Origin: Eledone cirrhosa
Lineage: Eukaryota
Assembly: GCA_964016885.1 (NCBI GenBank)
Contig: OZ024749.1
Location: 38,998,001 to 39,062,000 of the forward strand
DNA: 64,000 bases
Direction: 5' to 3'
How positions within the stretch are numbered: position 1 is the stretch's first letter; each line of letters opens with the position of its first letter. The position numbers and the translations under genes are program-made. Positions 52,287 to 63,744 of the stretch are shown here, piece after piece. Below the pieces are notes generated by a model. The model was not told where the DNA came from. It did not search any database and saw only the letters and a list, made by a program, of their open reading frames with translations.

Positions 52287-55200
52287 ATATATGTATGTAC
52301 GTACGTATGTATGTATGTATGTACGTATGTATGTATGTATGTATGTATGTACGTATGTATGTATGTATGTATGTATATAAGTATGTATGTATATAAGTAT
52401 GTATGTATGTATGTACGTATGCATGTATGTATGTATGTATGTATGTATGTACGTATGTACGTACGTATGTATGTATGTATGTATGTATGTATGTATGTAT
52501 GTATGTACGTATGTACGTACGTACGTATGTATGTATGTATGTATGTATGTATGTATGTACGTATGTACGTACGTACGTATGTATGTATGTATGTATGTAT
52601 GTATGTATGTACGTATGTACGTACGTACGTATGTATGTATGTATGTATGTATTATATTTCCCCCTCACTTGTGTGGAAATATGACAGCTGGATGTAATAA
52701 TAGCTACATAAATGTTTCTATCTTCACCAACCGACTAGCCAACCGGTTGACAGACGGACAGACCGACAGACTGGCATACTGACAGACGGACAGATTGACA
52801 GAAAAACAGACAGACAGACAGACAAATGGTCAGATTGACAGAAAAACAGACTGACAGACCGATAGACAGACAGACAAATGGACAGATTGACAGAAAAACA
52901 GACTGACAGACCGATAGACAGACAGACAAATGGACAGATTGACAGAAAAACAGACTGACAGACCGATAGACAGACAGACAAATGGACAGATTGACAGAAA
53001 AACAGACTGACAGACCGATAGACAGACAGACAAATGGACAGATTGACAGAAAAACAGACTGACAGACCGATAGACAGACAGACAAATGGACAGATTGACA
53101 GAAAAACAGACTGACAGACCGATAGACAGACAGACAAATGGTCAGATTGACAGAAAAACAGACTGACAGACCGATAGACAGACAGACAAATGGACAGATT
53201 GACAGAAAAACAGACTGACAGACCGATAGACAGACAGACAAATGGACAGATTGACAGAAAAACAGACTGACAGACCGATAGACAGACAGACAAATGGACA
53301 GATTGACAGAAAAACAGACTGACAGACCGATAGACAGACAGACAAATGGTCAGATTGACAGAAAAACAGACTGACAGACCGATAGACAGACAGACAAATG
53401 GACAGATTGACAGAAAAACAGACTGACAGACCGATAGACAGACAGACAAATGGACAGATTGACAGAAAAACAGACTGACAGACCGATAGACAGACAGACA
53501 AATGGACAGATTGACAGAAAAACAGACTGACAGACCGATAGACAGACAGACAAATGGACAGATTGACAGAAAAACAGACTGACAGACCGATAGACAGACA
53601 GACAAATGGACAGATTGACAGAAAAACAGACTGACAGACCGATAGACAGACAGACAAATGGACAGATTGACAGAAAAACAGACTGACAGACCGATAGACA
53701 GACAGACAAATGGTCAGATTGACAGAAAAACAGACTGACAGACCGATAGACAGACAGACAAATGGACAGATTGACAGAAAAACAGACTGACAGACCGATA
53801 GACAGACAGACAAATGGACAGATTGACAGAAAAACAGACTGACAGACCGATAGACAGACAGACAAATGGACAGATTGACAGAAAAACAGACTGACAGACC
53901 GATAGACAGACAGACAAATGGTCAGATTGACAGAAAAACAGACTGACAGACCGATAGACAGACAGACAAATGGACAGATTGACAGAAAAACAGACTGACA
54001 GACCGATAGACAGACAGACAAATGGACAGATTGACAGAAAAACAGACTGACAGACCGATAGACAGACAGACAAATGGACAGATTGACAGAAAAACAGACT
54101 GACAGACCGATAGACAGACAGACAAATGGACAGATTGACAGAAAAACAGACTGACAGACCGATAGACAGACAGACAAATGGACAGATTGACAGAAAAACA
54201 GACTGACAGACCGATAGACAGACAGACAAATGGACAGATTGACAGAAAAACAGACTGACAGACCGATAGACAGACAGACAAATGGACAGATTGACAGAAA
54301 AACAGACTGACAGACCGATAGACAGACAGACAAATGGTCAGATTGACAGAAAAACAGACTGACAGACCGATAGACAGACAGACAAATGGACAGATTGACA
54401 GAAAAACAGACTGACAGACTGACCAACCAACAGACCTATAGACAAACAGACAGACAGATGGACAGAACGACAGAGAAACAGACTGAGAGACTGACCAACT
54501 GACAGACAGACAGACAGACTGACAGTGGGACAGATCCACAGCCTGACAGATGGACAGAACGACAGAGAAACAGACTTAGAGACTGACCAACTGACGGACA
54601 GACAGACTGACAGCGGGACAGATCCACAGCCTGACAGATGGACAGAATGACAGACTGACAGACAGACGGACTAACAGACCGACCGACAGACATATCCACA
54701 GACAGACATAATAGTAGCTACATGAATGTTTCTATCCTCACTAACCAACCAACCAGCCAGCCGTCCAACCAATTGACAGACTGACAGATGGATAGATCCA
54801 CAAAAGGACAGACTGACAGATGTACAGACCAACAGATGAAGAGACTGACCTAGTGACAAATAGACAGACTGATCACCTACCGATTCCATTATATTAACAC
54901 TATTGTCTCATTTCTGTTGAGATATTAAGTAGATAAGAGTTACCAAATAACTCTATTATAGCAATTGTGATTAGCTAATAAGCATTGGTTAATCATATGA
55001 TAATTAGCTAATTATAATTAACTAAATGATAGTTGGTTAATAAGAATTGGTTTAATCAATGAAGGCATTTCGCCTGGTGGTTAGAGTGTTCTCATGATCA
55101 TGGGTTTATATATATATATGTATATATATATATACATATATATACATATATATATATATATATATTTTTTAGGAACGATCGACTTTCGTCAAATTGGACC

Positions 55201-58200
55201 GAGGAAACAATGTTTCCATTGGTCTTTCCAGTTGCTAATTTATATATATATATATTTATATGTGTGTATATCATCATCATCGTTTAACGTCCATCTTCCA
55301 TGCTAGCATGGGTAGGACAGGTTGACCCTTAGGAAGAAAATCAGGTCAGAGGACCATGTTTAGCTCACCCGCGGCAGATTTTGGCTCGGTTTTTACAGCC
55401 AGATGCCCTTCTTAACACCAACCACATTTACAGTGTGTGCTGGGTGCTTTTTGTCGTGTCTCCTACACGACCACATTATATATATATTTATAGGATGGCA
55501 TGTGGCCTAATGGTTAGTGTTAAGGTCTTGGGTTCAATTCCTGGACCAGTTGTTGTGTCCTTGAACAAAATAATATATTTCATGTTGCTGCAAGTGTTAC
55601 AACCAACAGATAGTATCAACAATGAAAAGACCAATGGAAACATTGGTTTATTTTTAAATTGTAAAAACAATTTTCATTGTTTTCATGTATTGTTGTTTAT
55701 TTATATATTACAGGAATCTTGTATTCGTGTTCTTCTCTTTCGTGGTGCCAACAAAGTAATAGTAAATCTCAATAACCAAACACCATACGAAGCTGCTATT
55801 CTAGCTGGTAACTTGGACCTTGCTGAAATTATCAAAGGATATAGTTCTGCTGATATAGGTAAGGGGACTTTCATTGTTTAATTATTATAAGAGGGATAAA
55901 CTGTAGTGTGCGGGAGAGAAGACTGCGTTGGTATGGACATGTGATGTGCATGAAAGATGACCACTGGATGAAGAAGTGCCAAGCAATCCTGGTGGAAGGA
56001 AGACGCAGTAGAGGAAGACCACGAAAAACATGGTCGGAGGTGGTGAGAGCTGACCTCAGATCACTGAACCTCACAGAGGAGGTGACGAAGAACCGTGACG
56101 AATGGAGAGATGCTGTTCTGAAAAGGACCCGTCTCACCCTTGCAAGCAAGGAAAAGCGGATAAAATGATAATGATGATTTAACCCTTTCGTTACTGTATT
56201 TCTAATGAAATACTCTCTAGTTCAATTAATTAATTTTGAAGAATTTACTGAAATTATTAATTATTTCATACACACAAACACACACACACACATACACACA
56301 CATTGTGTGATGGGCAGACAGAAGAGGCTCAAGTTTATATATAGATGGCTAAACTCTCTCTTCCACAACATAATTCTTGATTGTTATTCCTCACTAGTTA
56401 GTACTCAGAATATACTGGGAAGTAATACTACCTGGTATATTTTGAATTGTTTTCTACTAAATCAGAAGTAAAATTAACCCATTAGCATTTACATTACTCT
56501 ATATTTAGTATTATATTTTAACAGTAAAGACTGTATCTTACATAATTATCTCACATTATATTGAATCTATGAGATTTTGATGTTATTTATTTTGAGATCA
56601 ATACCTTAATGTAGCTATGAGCAGCCAGATATGCCCGGTTTGAACAGAAAGAGGGGAGAGAATTCTGGCCGGATATGACCGGTTTAAATGTTAAAGGATT
56701 AATATTCATTTTGTTCTGTTTTGTTTTCCTGTCTTTGCCAGTACCCTTTCGAGAATTACCTCAGTACAGCAGGCGCAGAACGATAAAATATTCAGCAAAC
56801 TTTCGACTAAATAAATGTCGCAGTGAATCCCGACTCAACCTACGTATGATGGACAGTAACTTCTTTAAACCTGATGGAAATTTCCACCGTTACAGTATGA
56901 GCTCCGATTGTTATTCAGTGACCAATTCAGACTCTCCTCGTTCCATGAGTTCATCAAGTACATATTCAGGACAAATTCATGGAGGTAAGGAATAGCGCAT
57001 TACCAATCATGGTAATGTTACGAATGTCTTGGGCTTCCTCAATTTGTTTTAGAGTGCAACACCAACATTCCCTATTGTTGTGTATAACTGAGGGAGTGTG
57101 TCTTTTTTTTTTTCCTTTCTGTCTAATTTTTATTGTCATTGTCCCTGTTGCTTTGTTAGTTTATCTAAACAGAAAGATCTGTTTGATATTAACCACAGAT
57201 AGACAAAACGGGGGTCTAGTCTAGTGTTCTTGTTGCCCAACTAAAAACCACAACCTGACCCTTAGGGACCTTTAGCAGGGGGCCACTCTATGGCAAGTAA
57301 ATGAGCTGGGTTCCTGATTTTAGGATTATTTCCTTCCTCCCACTAGTCTCAGAGGCCCTGAAAAGAGCCACGGGATTAGTCTTAGAGGTCTAGTCTTAGA
57401 GGACTAGTCTTAGAGGACTAGTCTTAGAGGACTAGTCTTAGAGGTCTAGTCTTAGAGGTCTAGTCTTAGAGGTCTAGTCTTAGAGGTCTAGTCTTAGAGG
57501 TCTAGTCTTAGAGGTCTAGTCTTAGAGGTCCTGAAAAGTGACATTAGTAGTGCTCCTCCCTCTCCCCAATCTCAGTGACCCTGAAAAGCCAGACAGGCAT
57601 TTTTTGTCTTGTCTCCCACCAGTCTCAGAGATGCTGAAAAGGATCATGGACACTGTCCCTTGTATTCTAACAATATCAGAGATGCTGAAAAGACCCAATA
57701 ATAAGGTTCTCCTCTCCTTCACTTAACAATAAAAATACTAAAATATATGTTACTTTATTTCTATTTTATTGTCTTTACATGACAGACTGAAACGTATTTT
57801 CACTCCAAAAGAACATAAATTTGAAGAATGCCTTAAAAATAATTTTAAGTATTTATATCATTGCAATTATGTTTCCAATTTACTGAGAAAATAATTTCTC
57901 AGTTCAATTAACGTCAATTTTAGCGATTTAGGTAAACTTAGTTCCAAGAGAGATAACTCATACTTACATAAATTTTAAATTATTAAGTAGTCAGGTGAGC
58001 TCATGATTCTAACCCGTGTGGCAGTATCAGTAGAGGGTCGGACGCCATGCTTTCCAGCATAGTTACGTCCCTTTACGATCTGAGTTCAAATCCCGCCGAG
58101 GTTGACTTTGCCTTTCATCCTTACGGGGTCGATAAAATAAAGTACCAGTAATGCACTGGTTAATTGCTGGCCTTGTGCCTAAAGTAGAAACAGTTGTTTC

Positions 58201-60635
58201 ATAGGGAATAATAACAAATAATTGTTTCTAATTTTGGCACAAGGCCAGCAATTACCCAGTACATTACTGGTACTTTATTGTATCGACCCCGTAAGGATGA
58301 AAGGCAAAGTCAATCCCGCCGAGGTTGACTTTGCCTTTCATCCTTACGGGGTCGATAAAATAAAGTACCAGTAATGCACTGGGTAATTGCTGGCCTTGTG
58401 CCTAAAGTAGAAACAATTAAATATAATAAACAACACCCTAATTTTAAGATTGGGAAATGTTATCAAATGTGCAGTAGATATCGTTGGTTGTTCTGTTTGA
58501 CATCACTTTCACCCCCTTGCTTGTGGGCCACAGCTGAAATATGCTGTCCAGTCAAGGACGTAGAATCAACATCTTGACTGTGGAGTACAGTTGAAACGCC
58601 CGTGGGGTGCAGCTGAAATATTCTGTCAACCCATAGGTGTAGAGTTTGTTTCCTCTCAATGTTTGTTTACCTTTTTTTGTTGTTGTTTTAAAAAAAATAT
58701 TTCATGAAGAATATAAAAAAGTGTTTTAGAAAAGATTGTTACTGTAGTGTCAATGTACGACAGTCAAAAAGGCATGCAGCAATTGTGATTCAAGGGAGCT
58801 AACTTTTATTCTTTTAATTCCTTTAATCAAAACTTGAAGCTTTCTTTCTCTGTCTGACACACACACACACATGCATATATATACTAGCATAGTACCCATA
58901 CAAAATGACAGGGTTTATAATAAAAGTGCTTGAATCCACGATTTCCGTTATTTTCTCTCTTCTCACCGTATTTTATTTTTCATTCATTTAAATCAATTAC
59001 TATAATTTTCTTTAATTATTATCAAAAATATATCCACTAAATTATGATGACTTTGTTCTGTCTGCTCCCTGCTGTTGAGATTTATAGTTTGTTTTTGTCC
59101 TAAAATAAATACATGTCAAGCAGACAGATATAGAAAGGTGGGTAGGTAGGTCGATAGATAGAGATAGCAGCAGTTGACCACTGTCATGCTTGTCAACACT
59201 GTGAGAGAGAGAATGTTAGATAGGAAGGCATCAAATGACCATTTCTTTGTTAAAGTTAGCGTAACGTGATTCTCATTGATTCTTGTGTTTTCGTATAATG
59301 GTATATATATACACACACACACATGCTAGCGTGAACGATAGCCATTAAACGATGATGATGATATATATATAAATATATATGCATTCCAAACCCATGCAAG
59401 CGTGGAACACGGACGTTAAACGTTGATGATGATGATGATCATATATACTCATGTATAAGTTGCATCAGAAAAGTTGTCTGCCTGGACTAAAATATTTCCT
59501 CTACACAGTGTCAGTTTTTATTCAGAGTTACTGCTCTCCTAGACAGGTTGCCATCACTACAGCCTACAGAATCCATCTCTATCCCTGTATAGTTTTATTT
59601 ATTTGGAGTTAATGCTCTCCTAGATTGGTTGCCTTCACTACAGTCTGCAAATCCTATGTCTGCCTCTTACTCATTTACTCACCTTCAGTTAAATCCTGTA
59701 CTGTCTCCGTAAAGATATGTATCTATCAGTTTTATAAATGAATAATGAATGTTATCAATCCCACATAGGACTTCCTATGGGTACGCATGATTACTATGAT
59801 GGAAGACATGACAACTATGAAGAAGGTTGGTCTCCCTCCATGGAAGAAATGAACAATCGCAGGAGAGGTAAGTCTTGGGGTACTTTAATATTTCAGTTTG
59901 CAAATACTACTTGTTTGTAAGGAAGAGTCTATGATAAAAATGGAATATTCTAAATATGTCAGAACACAAAACAAACAAAACTTTCTTCTATTCGATAACT
60001 TTCCTGAATGATATTGATATTACAAGTTTCAATTTACTGTACATATTTGTAGATAAGTCGCACCTCCATTTTACATACAACATTTCCAGTGTACCATATA
60101 TTTTGAATTGAGGTTTTGTAGGTCCAGTGTATAAGTCACACCTCCATTTTACATACAACATTTACAGTGTACCATATATCTTGAATTGAGGTTTTGTAGG
60201 TCCAGTGTATAAGTCACACTTCCATTTTACATACAACATTTCCAGTGTACCATATATCTTGAATTGAGGTTTTATAAGTCCAGTAGATAAGTCACACCTC
60301 CATATTACTCACAACATTTACAATGTACCATATATTTTGAACTGAGGGTTTGTAAGTCCAGTGTATAAGTCACATAGTAGTTTCTCATGCAATAATTTTG
60401 TTGGAAAAGGGTCCAACTTATACGCAACTATATCATCATAAATACGATTCAATATGTCTATTTTCTAAATCTGACTAAACAATAAAGAAAGGAATTATTT
60501 GATTAATTTAATTATCATCTTGTAATTTGGTTTAGCTTGTTCTCTTGGTGACCTCGATGCTGACACTGAATATCTCCAAAGGAAGACAATAAAACAACGA
60601 GCTCTGTTTAATCACCTGGGAAGACATTTCCTTAA
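34218..60635 (+). CDS. SHANK: Shank/ProSAP family postsynaptic scaffold (SH3 and multiple ankyrin repeat domains protein), 5' portion, 12 exons, continues beyond window
   Basis: join(34218-34385,39617-39688,41163-41288,43619-43690,44734-44842,46127-46284,48914-49078,49684-49800,55714-55858,56742-56984,59769-59867,60536-60635). All introns are GT-AG with consistent phases. Hallmark motifs: NYGLYCPPQNGKAGKFLDEERLLREYP, LEFKFKRRVY, GLDPNY, LVSGGAHMDFR, LLDLGASPNYKD, NASGNTPLHICA, ESCIRVLLFRGAN, VPFRELPQYSRRR. Confidence 0.96.
34530..35070 (-). mobile_element. RTE-type LINE 3' fragment
   Basis: WYGHVMHM..RADLKSL..WRYAVL on minus strand with CCATGCTTGCATGGG tail. Confidence 0.75.
35834..36050. 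mobile_element. piggyBac-type MITE
   Basis: TTAA-CCCTTTAGCATTTA ... TAAATGCTAACGAG-TTAA. Confidence 0.72.
36843..37172 (-). mobile_element. Two adjacent ATT-tailed SINEs
   Basis: Family matches; AAACACCAA.TTAATAAT repeated before each copy. Confidence 0.85.
37202..37427. mobile_element. piggyBac-type MITE (best copy)
   Basis: Perfect 14-bp TIR CCCTTTAGCATTTA / TAAATGCTAAAGGG with TTAA on both sides. Confidence 0.85.
38856..39225 (+). mobile_element. CORE-like tRNA SINE with (TTTACC)n-type tail
   Basis: Same head and core as 2760 but 3' ends GTCATTCGTGACTGAAG..TTTACCCTTTTACC. Confidence 0.75.
39617..39688 (+). CDS. SHANK: Shank exon 2 (KCLQLQLGESVWHAKQQILASFGS), SPN domain
   Basis: tttgtag acceptor, gtgagt donor, 72 nt, phase 0-0; matches KCLRL..VWAAKQ. 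Confidence 0.93.
40696..41105. repeat. 26-bp minisatellite with palindromic core, just upstream of exon 3
   Basis: Unit GAGGACTTCTAGTTACCTGTAACTAT, about 15 copies. Confidence 0.95.
41163..41288 (+). CDS. SHANK: Shank exon 3 (ELRDGYNYGLYCPPQNGKAGKFLDEERLLREYPLSGPIGYLE)
   Basis: ttccaag acceptor, gtaaga donor, 126 nt; diagnostic GKFLDEERLL motif. Confidence 0.96.
42067..42661 (+). mobile_element. Non-autonomous internally deleted RTE element (5' leader plus 3' end)
   Basis: RTE-like leader motif CTAGGAGAAGGAAAACTCTG; 42511-42600 encodes C2H2 CSVCTRVFKSLAGLKIHTRSAHR-stop; 3' hairpin CTCG-AAAA-CGAG. Confidence 0.7.
43619..43690 (+). CDS. SHANK: Shank exon 4 (FKFKRRVYRSMELNTRKLKQIHNK)
   Basis: tttcag acceptor, gtaagt donor, 72 nt; FxYKRRVY motif. 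Confidence 0.95.
44286..44710 (+). mobile_element. Two tandem ATT-tailed SINEs abutting the exon 5 acceptor
   Basis: Family matches separated and followed by (TTA)n. Confidence 0.88.
44734..44842 (+). CDS. SHANK: Shank exon 5 (ANLKQFMDAV...KGLDPNYIDRDSG)
   Basis: ttccag acceptor, gtaaga donor, 109 nt, phase 0-1. Confidence 0.95.
46127..46284 (+). CDS. SHANK: Shank exon 6, ankyrin repeats (ESPLTL...GGAHMDFRNRHGFTPMHKGAICSNQESIK)
   Basis: Poly-Y ccccag acceptor, gttggt donor, 158 nt, phase 1-0. Confidence 0.95.
46440..46693 (-). mobile_element. tRNA SINE with CORE-like centre and V-domain-like 3' part
   Basis: Head matches the 2760 family; minus strand CCTGCAATGGACTGGCATCCTGTCCAGGGG. Confidence 0.75.
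47935..48128 (-). mobile_element. ATT-tailed tRNA SINE
   Basis: Full-length family match. Confidence 0.9.
48200..48800. repeat. Degenerate (TG)n/(GTAT)n low-complexity tract
   Basis: Visible; source of spurious Cys/Val and His/Thr ORFs. Confidence 0.9.
48914..49078 (+). CDS. SHANK: Shank exon 7, ankyrin repeats (TLLDLGASPNYKD...DEQGWFEIHQ)
   Basis: ctcag acceptor, gtaaat donor, 165 nt. Confidence 0.96.
49684..49800 (+). CDS. SHANK: Shank exon 8, ankyrin repeats (SCRSGKVQILEHLIYYGADMDVQNASGNTPLHICAVTNQ)
   Basis: ttgaag acceptor, gtttgt donor, 117 nt. Confidence 0.95.
50044..50191. repeat. Perfect about 60-bp-arm palindrome
   Basis: ATAATATAAGATCAAAAGATGG...GCGCATTTCAAAA and its exact reverse complement, about 23-nt loop. 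Confidence 0.9.
51187..51368 (+). mobile_element. TA-embedded T-hairpin element, second copy
   Basis: Arms and tail near-identical to 7938; variable hairpin contains a poly-A. Confidence 0.75.
51377..51858 (-). mobile_element. RTE-type LINE 3' fragment
   Basis: Near-identical to the 20300 copy in reverse. Confidence 0.88.
52080..52652. repeat. (GTAT)n/(GTAC)n tetranucleotide microsatellite
   Basis: Visible. Confidence 0.95.
52785..54420. repeat. 52-bp minisatellite derived from (GACA)n, about 31 near-identical copies
   Basis: Unit GACAGAAAAACAGACTGACAGACCGATAGACAGACAGACAAATGGACAGATT. Confidence 0.97.
55714..55858 (+). CDS. SHANK: Shank exon 9, last ankyrin repeat (ESCIRVLLFRGANK...IIKGYSSADI)
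   Basis: ttacag acceptor, gtaagg donor, 145 nt, phase 0-1. Confidence 0.96.
55888..56178 (+). mobile_element. RTE-type LINE 3' fragment starting about 30 nt after the exon 9 donor
   Basis: RERRLRWYGHVMCM..GRPRKTWSEVVRADL; tail CCCTTGCAAGCAAGGAAAAGCGGA. Confidence 0.88.
56478..56698. mobile_element. piggyBac-type MITE (inverted copy) just upstream of exon 10
   Basis: TTAA-CCCATTAGCATTTA ... TAAATGTTAAAGGA-TTAA. Confidence 0.7.
56742..56984 (+). CDS. SHANK: Shank exon 10, post-ankyrin Ser-rich linker (VPFRELPQYSRRR...SGQIHG)
   Basis: Poly-Y gccag acceptor, gtaagg donor, 243 nt, phase 1-1; VPFRExPxYxxRR motif conserved in Shanks. Confidence 0.92.
57378..57530. repeat. 14-bp tandem repeat
   Basis: AGTCTTAGAGG(T/A)CT, about 11 copies. 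Confidence 0.95.
58018..58418. mobile_element. ATT-tailed SINE (58018-58193, +) followed by a SINE-SINE foldback (58219-58418)
   Basis: Family matches; about 95-bp inverted arms. Confidence 0.88.
59769..59867 (+). CDS. SHANK: Shank exon 11 (GLPMGTHDYYDGRHDNYEEGWSPSMEEMNNRRR), linker
   Basis: cacatag acceptor, AG/gtaagt donor, 99 nt, phase 1-1, open in the required frame; no homology recognised. Confidence 0.75.
60036..60432. mobile_element. Tc1/mariner(pogo)-like MITE with internal 78-bp tandem amplification
   Basis: ATAAGTCGCACC subterminal motif repeated every 78 bp (about 4 copies); inverted ACTTATACG at right end. Confidence 0.55.
60536..60635 (+). CDS. SHANK: Shank exon 12 (ACSLGDLDADTEYLQRKTIKQRALFNHLGRHFL), linker
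   Basis: tttag acceptor, gtaagt donor, 100 nt, phase 1-2, open in the required frame; no homology recognised. Confidence 0.65.
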
Positions 60636-60679
60636 GTAAGTGACTGATTTTTTGTTGCCTATCTCATTATAATTATTAT

Positions 60680-60873
60680 AAGGCGGTTGATTGGCAGTAT
60701 CGGTAGAGGGTCGGACGCCATGCTTTGATGCATAGAGTTACGGCCCTTGCCATTCTGAGTTCAATTCCTGTAGAGGTTAACTTTGCTTTTCATCCTTACA
60801 GGGTCGATAAAATAAAGTACCTGTAATGCACTGGGGGTTATTGCTGGCCTTGTGCCAAAAGTAGAAACAATTC
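60680..60873 (+). mobile_element. ATT-tailed tRNA SINE
   Basis: Full-length family match. Confidence 0.9.
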
Positions 60874-60875
60874 TT

Positions 60876-62418
60876 ACTACGACCATCATAACTACTACCA
60901 CTACCATAATCACTACTACTACCACAACTACTATTACTACCGTCATCACTACTACCACCACAACTACTATTACTACCATCATCACTACTACTACCACAAC
61001 CACTATTACTACCATCATCACTACTACTACCACAACTACTATTACTACCATCATCACTACTACTACCACAGCTACTATTACTACCATCATCACTACTACC
61101 ACCACAACTACTATTACTACCATCATCACTACTACTACCACAACTACTATTACTACCATCATCACTACTACTACCACAACTACTATTACTACCGTCATCA
61201 CTACTACCACCACAACTACTATTACTACCATCATCACTACTACTACCACAACTACTATTACTATCATCATCACTACTACCACCACAACTACTATTACTAC
61301 CATCATCACTACTACCACCACAACCACTATTACTACCATCATCACTACTACCACAACCACTATTACTATCATCATCACTACTACTACCACAACCACTATT
61401 ACTACCATCATCACTACTACCACCACAACTACTATTACTACCATCATCACTACTACTACCACAACCACTATTACTACCATCATCACTACTACCACCACAA
61501 CTACTATTACTACCATCATCACTACTACCACCACAACTACTATTACTATCATCATCACTACTACTACCACAACTACTATTACTACCATCATCACTACTAC
61601 CACCACAACTACTATTACTACCATCATCACTACTACTACCACAACTACTATTACTATCATCATCACTACTACTACCACAACTACTATTACTACCATCATC
61701 ACTACTACTACCACAACTACTATTACTATCATCATCACTACTACTACCACAACCACTATTACTACCATCATCACTACTACCACCACAACTACTATTACTA
61801 CCATCATCACTACTACTACCACAACTACTATTACTACCATCATCACTACTACTACCACAACTACTATTACTACCATCATCACTACTACTACCACAACTAC
61901 TATTACTACCATCATCACTACTACCACCACAACCACTATTACTACCATCATCACTACTACCACCACAACTACTATTACTACCATCATCACTACTACCACC
62001 ACAACTACTATTACTACCACCACAACCACTATTACTACCATCATCACTACTACTACCACAACTACTATTACTATCATCATCACTACTACTACCACAACTA
62101 CTATTACTACCATCATCACTACTACCACCACAACCACTATTACTACCATCATCACTACTACTACCACAACTACTATTACTACCACAACCACTATTACCAC
62201 CACAACTACTATTACTACCATCATCACTACTACCACCACAACTACTATTACCACCACAACTACTATTACCACCATCATCACTACTACCACCACAACCACT
62301 ATTACTACCACAACCACTATTACCACCATAACCACCATGATCTCTACTACCACCACAACCACCACAACCACCATCATTACCATCATTATGTTCACTATCA
62401 ACACCACCACCACCATAA
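60876..62418. repeat. 36-bp minisatellite built from ACT/ACC/ATC triplets
   Basis: Unit ACTACCATCATCACTACTACTACCACAACTACTATT, about 40 copies. Confidence 0.95.
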
Positions 62419-62721
62419 TATATCACGCCCCCATGTTTCCATTACTCTTTCCTCAGCTGATACTATCTGTTGGTCACAACTCTTGGCAGAAGTGTCACCA
62501 TTTTCAAGTAATATACGGTGGAATTTGAACCCAGAACGCACAAATCCCCACCCACTCTATTCTGAGTCATTAAAAATTACAGTAACACCCTGCTCCCTCT
62601 GTCCCTGGATTTTATTTATCGACCTCACAAAGGATGAGAGGTAAAGTTGATCTCAGCAAGATTAGAACTTAGATCTCAGTGATCTGGAATAAATACCGAG
62701 GTATTTAGTCCAATGCCTTAA

Positions 62722-62920
62722 CCCTTTAGTGTTCAAACTGGCCCAAACTGGCCAGAATTCTCTACCTCTTTCTGTTGAAACTGGCTGTAACTGGTCGCTC
62801 AAATTGATGTTAAGGTATTGTTCTCAAAATAAATACTTTCAAAAATTCGATATTATGTGAGATAAAGCCTTTACCATGAAAATATAATAGTATATATAAA
62901 GTAATGTGAATGCTAAAGGG
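62722..62920. mobile_element. piggyBac-type MITE
   Basis: TTAA-CCCTTTAGTGTTCA ... TGAATGCTAAAGGG-TTAA. Confidence 0.78.
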
Positions 62921-63439
62921 TTAACAACTCTACCACTTCATAACCTACAGTTATATATAGAGCAAGTATAGTTCAAAAAGAATGTTCTCCCCCCCACCCC
63001 CAGGGTGTGTCTACAGAATGGCTAACAATACAGGTTAAGAGTTGGTGTCGAAATTTGTGTAAGAAATGAAGTTAAAAATAGCCACAGTAGTTAATCACTT
63101 GACTAATTAGATCATATGCTTTCCTAATTAGATCATTAACTCATCACTGATATCACCGATAGTAGATTGTCAGACAACATGCTTTGTGGCATAGAGTTAC
63201 GTCCCTTTAAGCTCTAGTTCAAATCCTACAAAGGTTAGCGTTGTCTTTCATCCTTATGGAGTTGATAAAATAAAGTACCAGTAATACACTGGGGTTGATG
63301 TAATTGACTTTCCCCTCCCCTTTAAATTGCTGGCCTTGTGCTTAATGTAGAAACAGTTATTTTACTGGTGTTTTGCTATTCTAGTGTACTAGCTTTACTA
63401 TCACCTATGGCAATGATGTGTCTTGGGCTGCATTGAGGG

Positions 63440-63712
63440 AGTTTGGCTATTCTTGAGCAAGACACTTTATTTTATGTTGCTGCAGTTTACTCGGCTGTAG
63501 AAATGAGTTATATCATCACTGGTACTGAATTGTATTGGCCATTGCCTTTCCCTTAAACAACATCGGTGGCATGCAGAGAGGAGACTGGTATTCATGGGTG
63601 ACTGCTGGTTTTTCAAAAACAACCTTGCCCAAACTTATACTTCAGAAGGGGAACTTTCTTGACACAAATCCCATGGTCATTCGTGACTGAAGTTCTTTAC
63701 CTTTACCCTTAC
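63440..63712 (+). mobile_element. CORE-like SINE with (TTTACC)n tail, partial
   Basis: Matches 38950-39225. Confidence 0.7.
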
Positions 63713-63744
63713 TTATATATATATACTTACTGTATATATACTAG

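Noticed and set aside
52724-54539. Cys/Ser/Val-rich ORFs up to 358 aa
   Set aside because: Translation of the 52-bp tandem repeat
55381-55881. 166-aa ORF as a single exon
   Set aside because: Only 55714-55858 is Shank; the upstream part is SINE/intron read-through
60761-62528. About 550-aa Thr-rich (mucin-like), Val-rich and Ser/Gly/Asp ORFs
   Set aside because: Triplet-based 36-bp minisatellite next to a SINE tail, open in several frames; ORF ends run into SINE sequence
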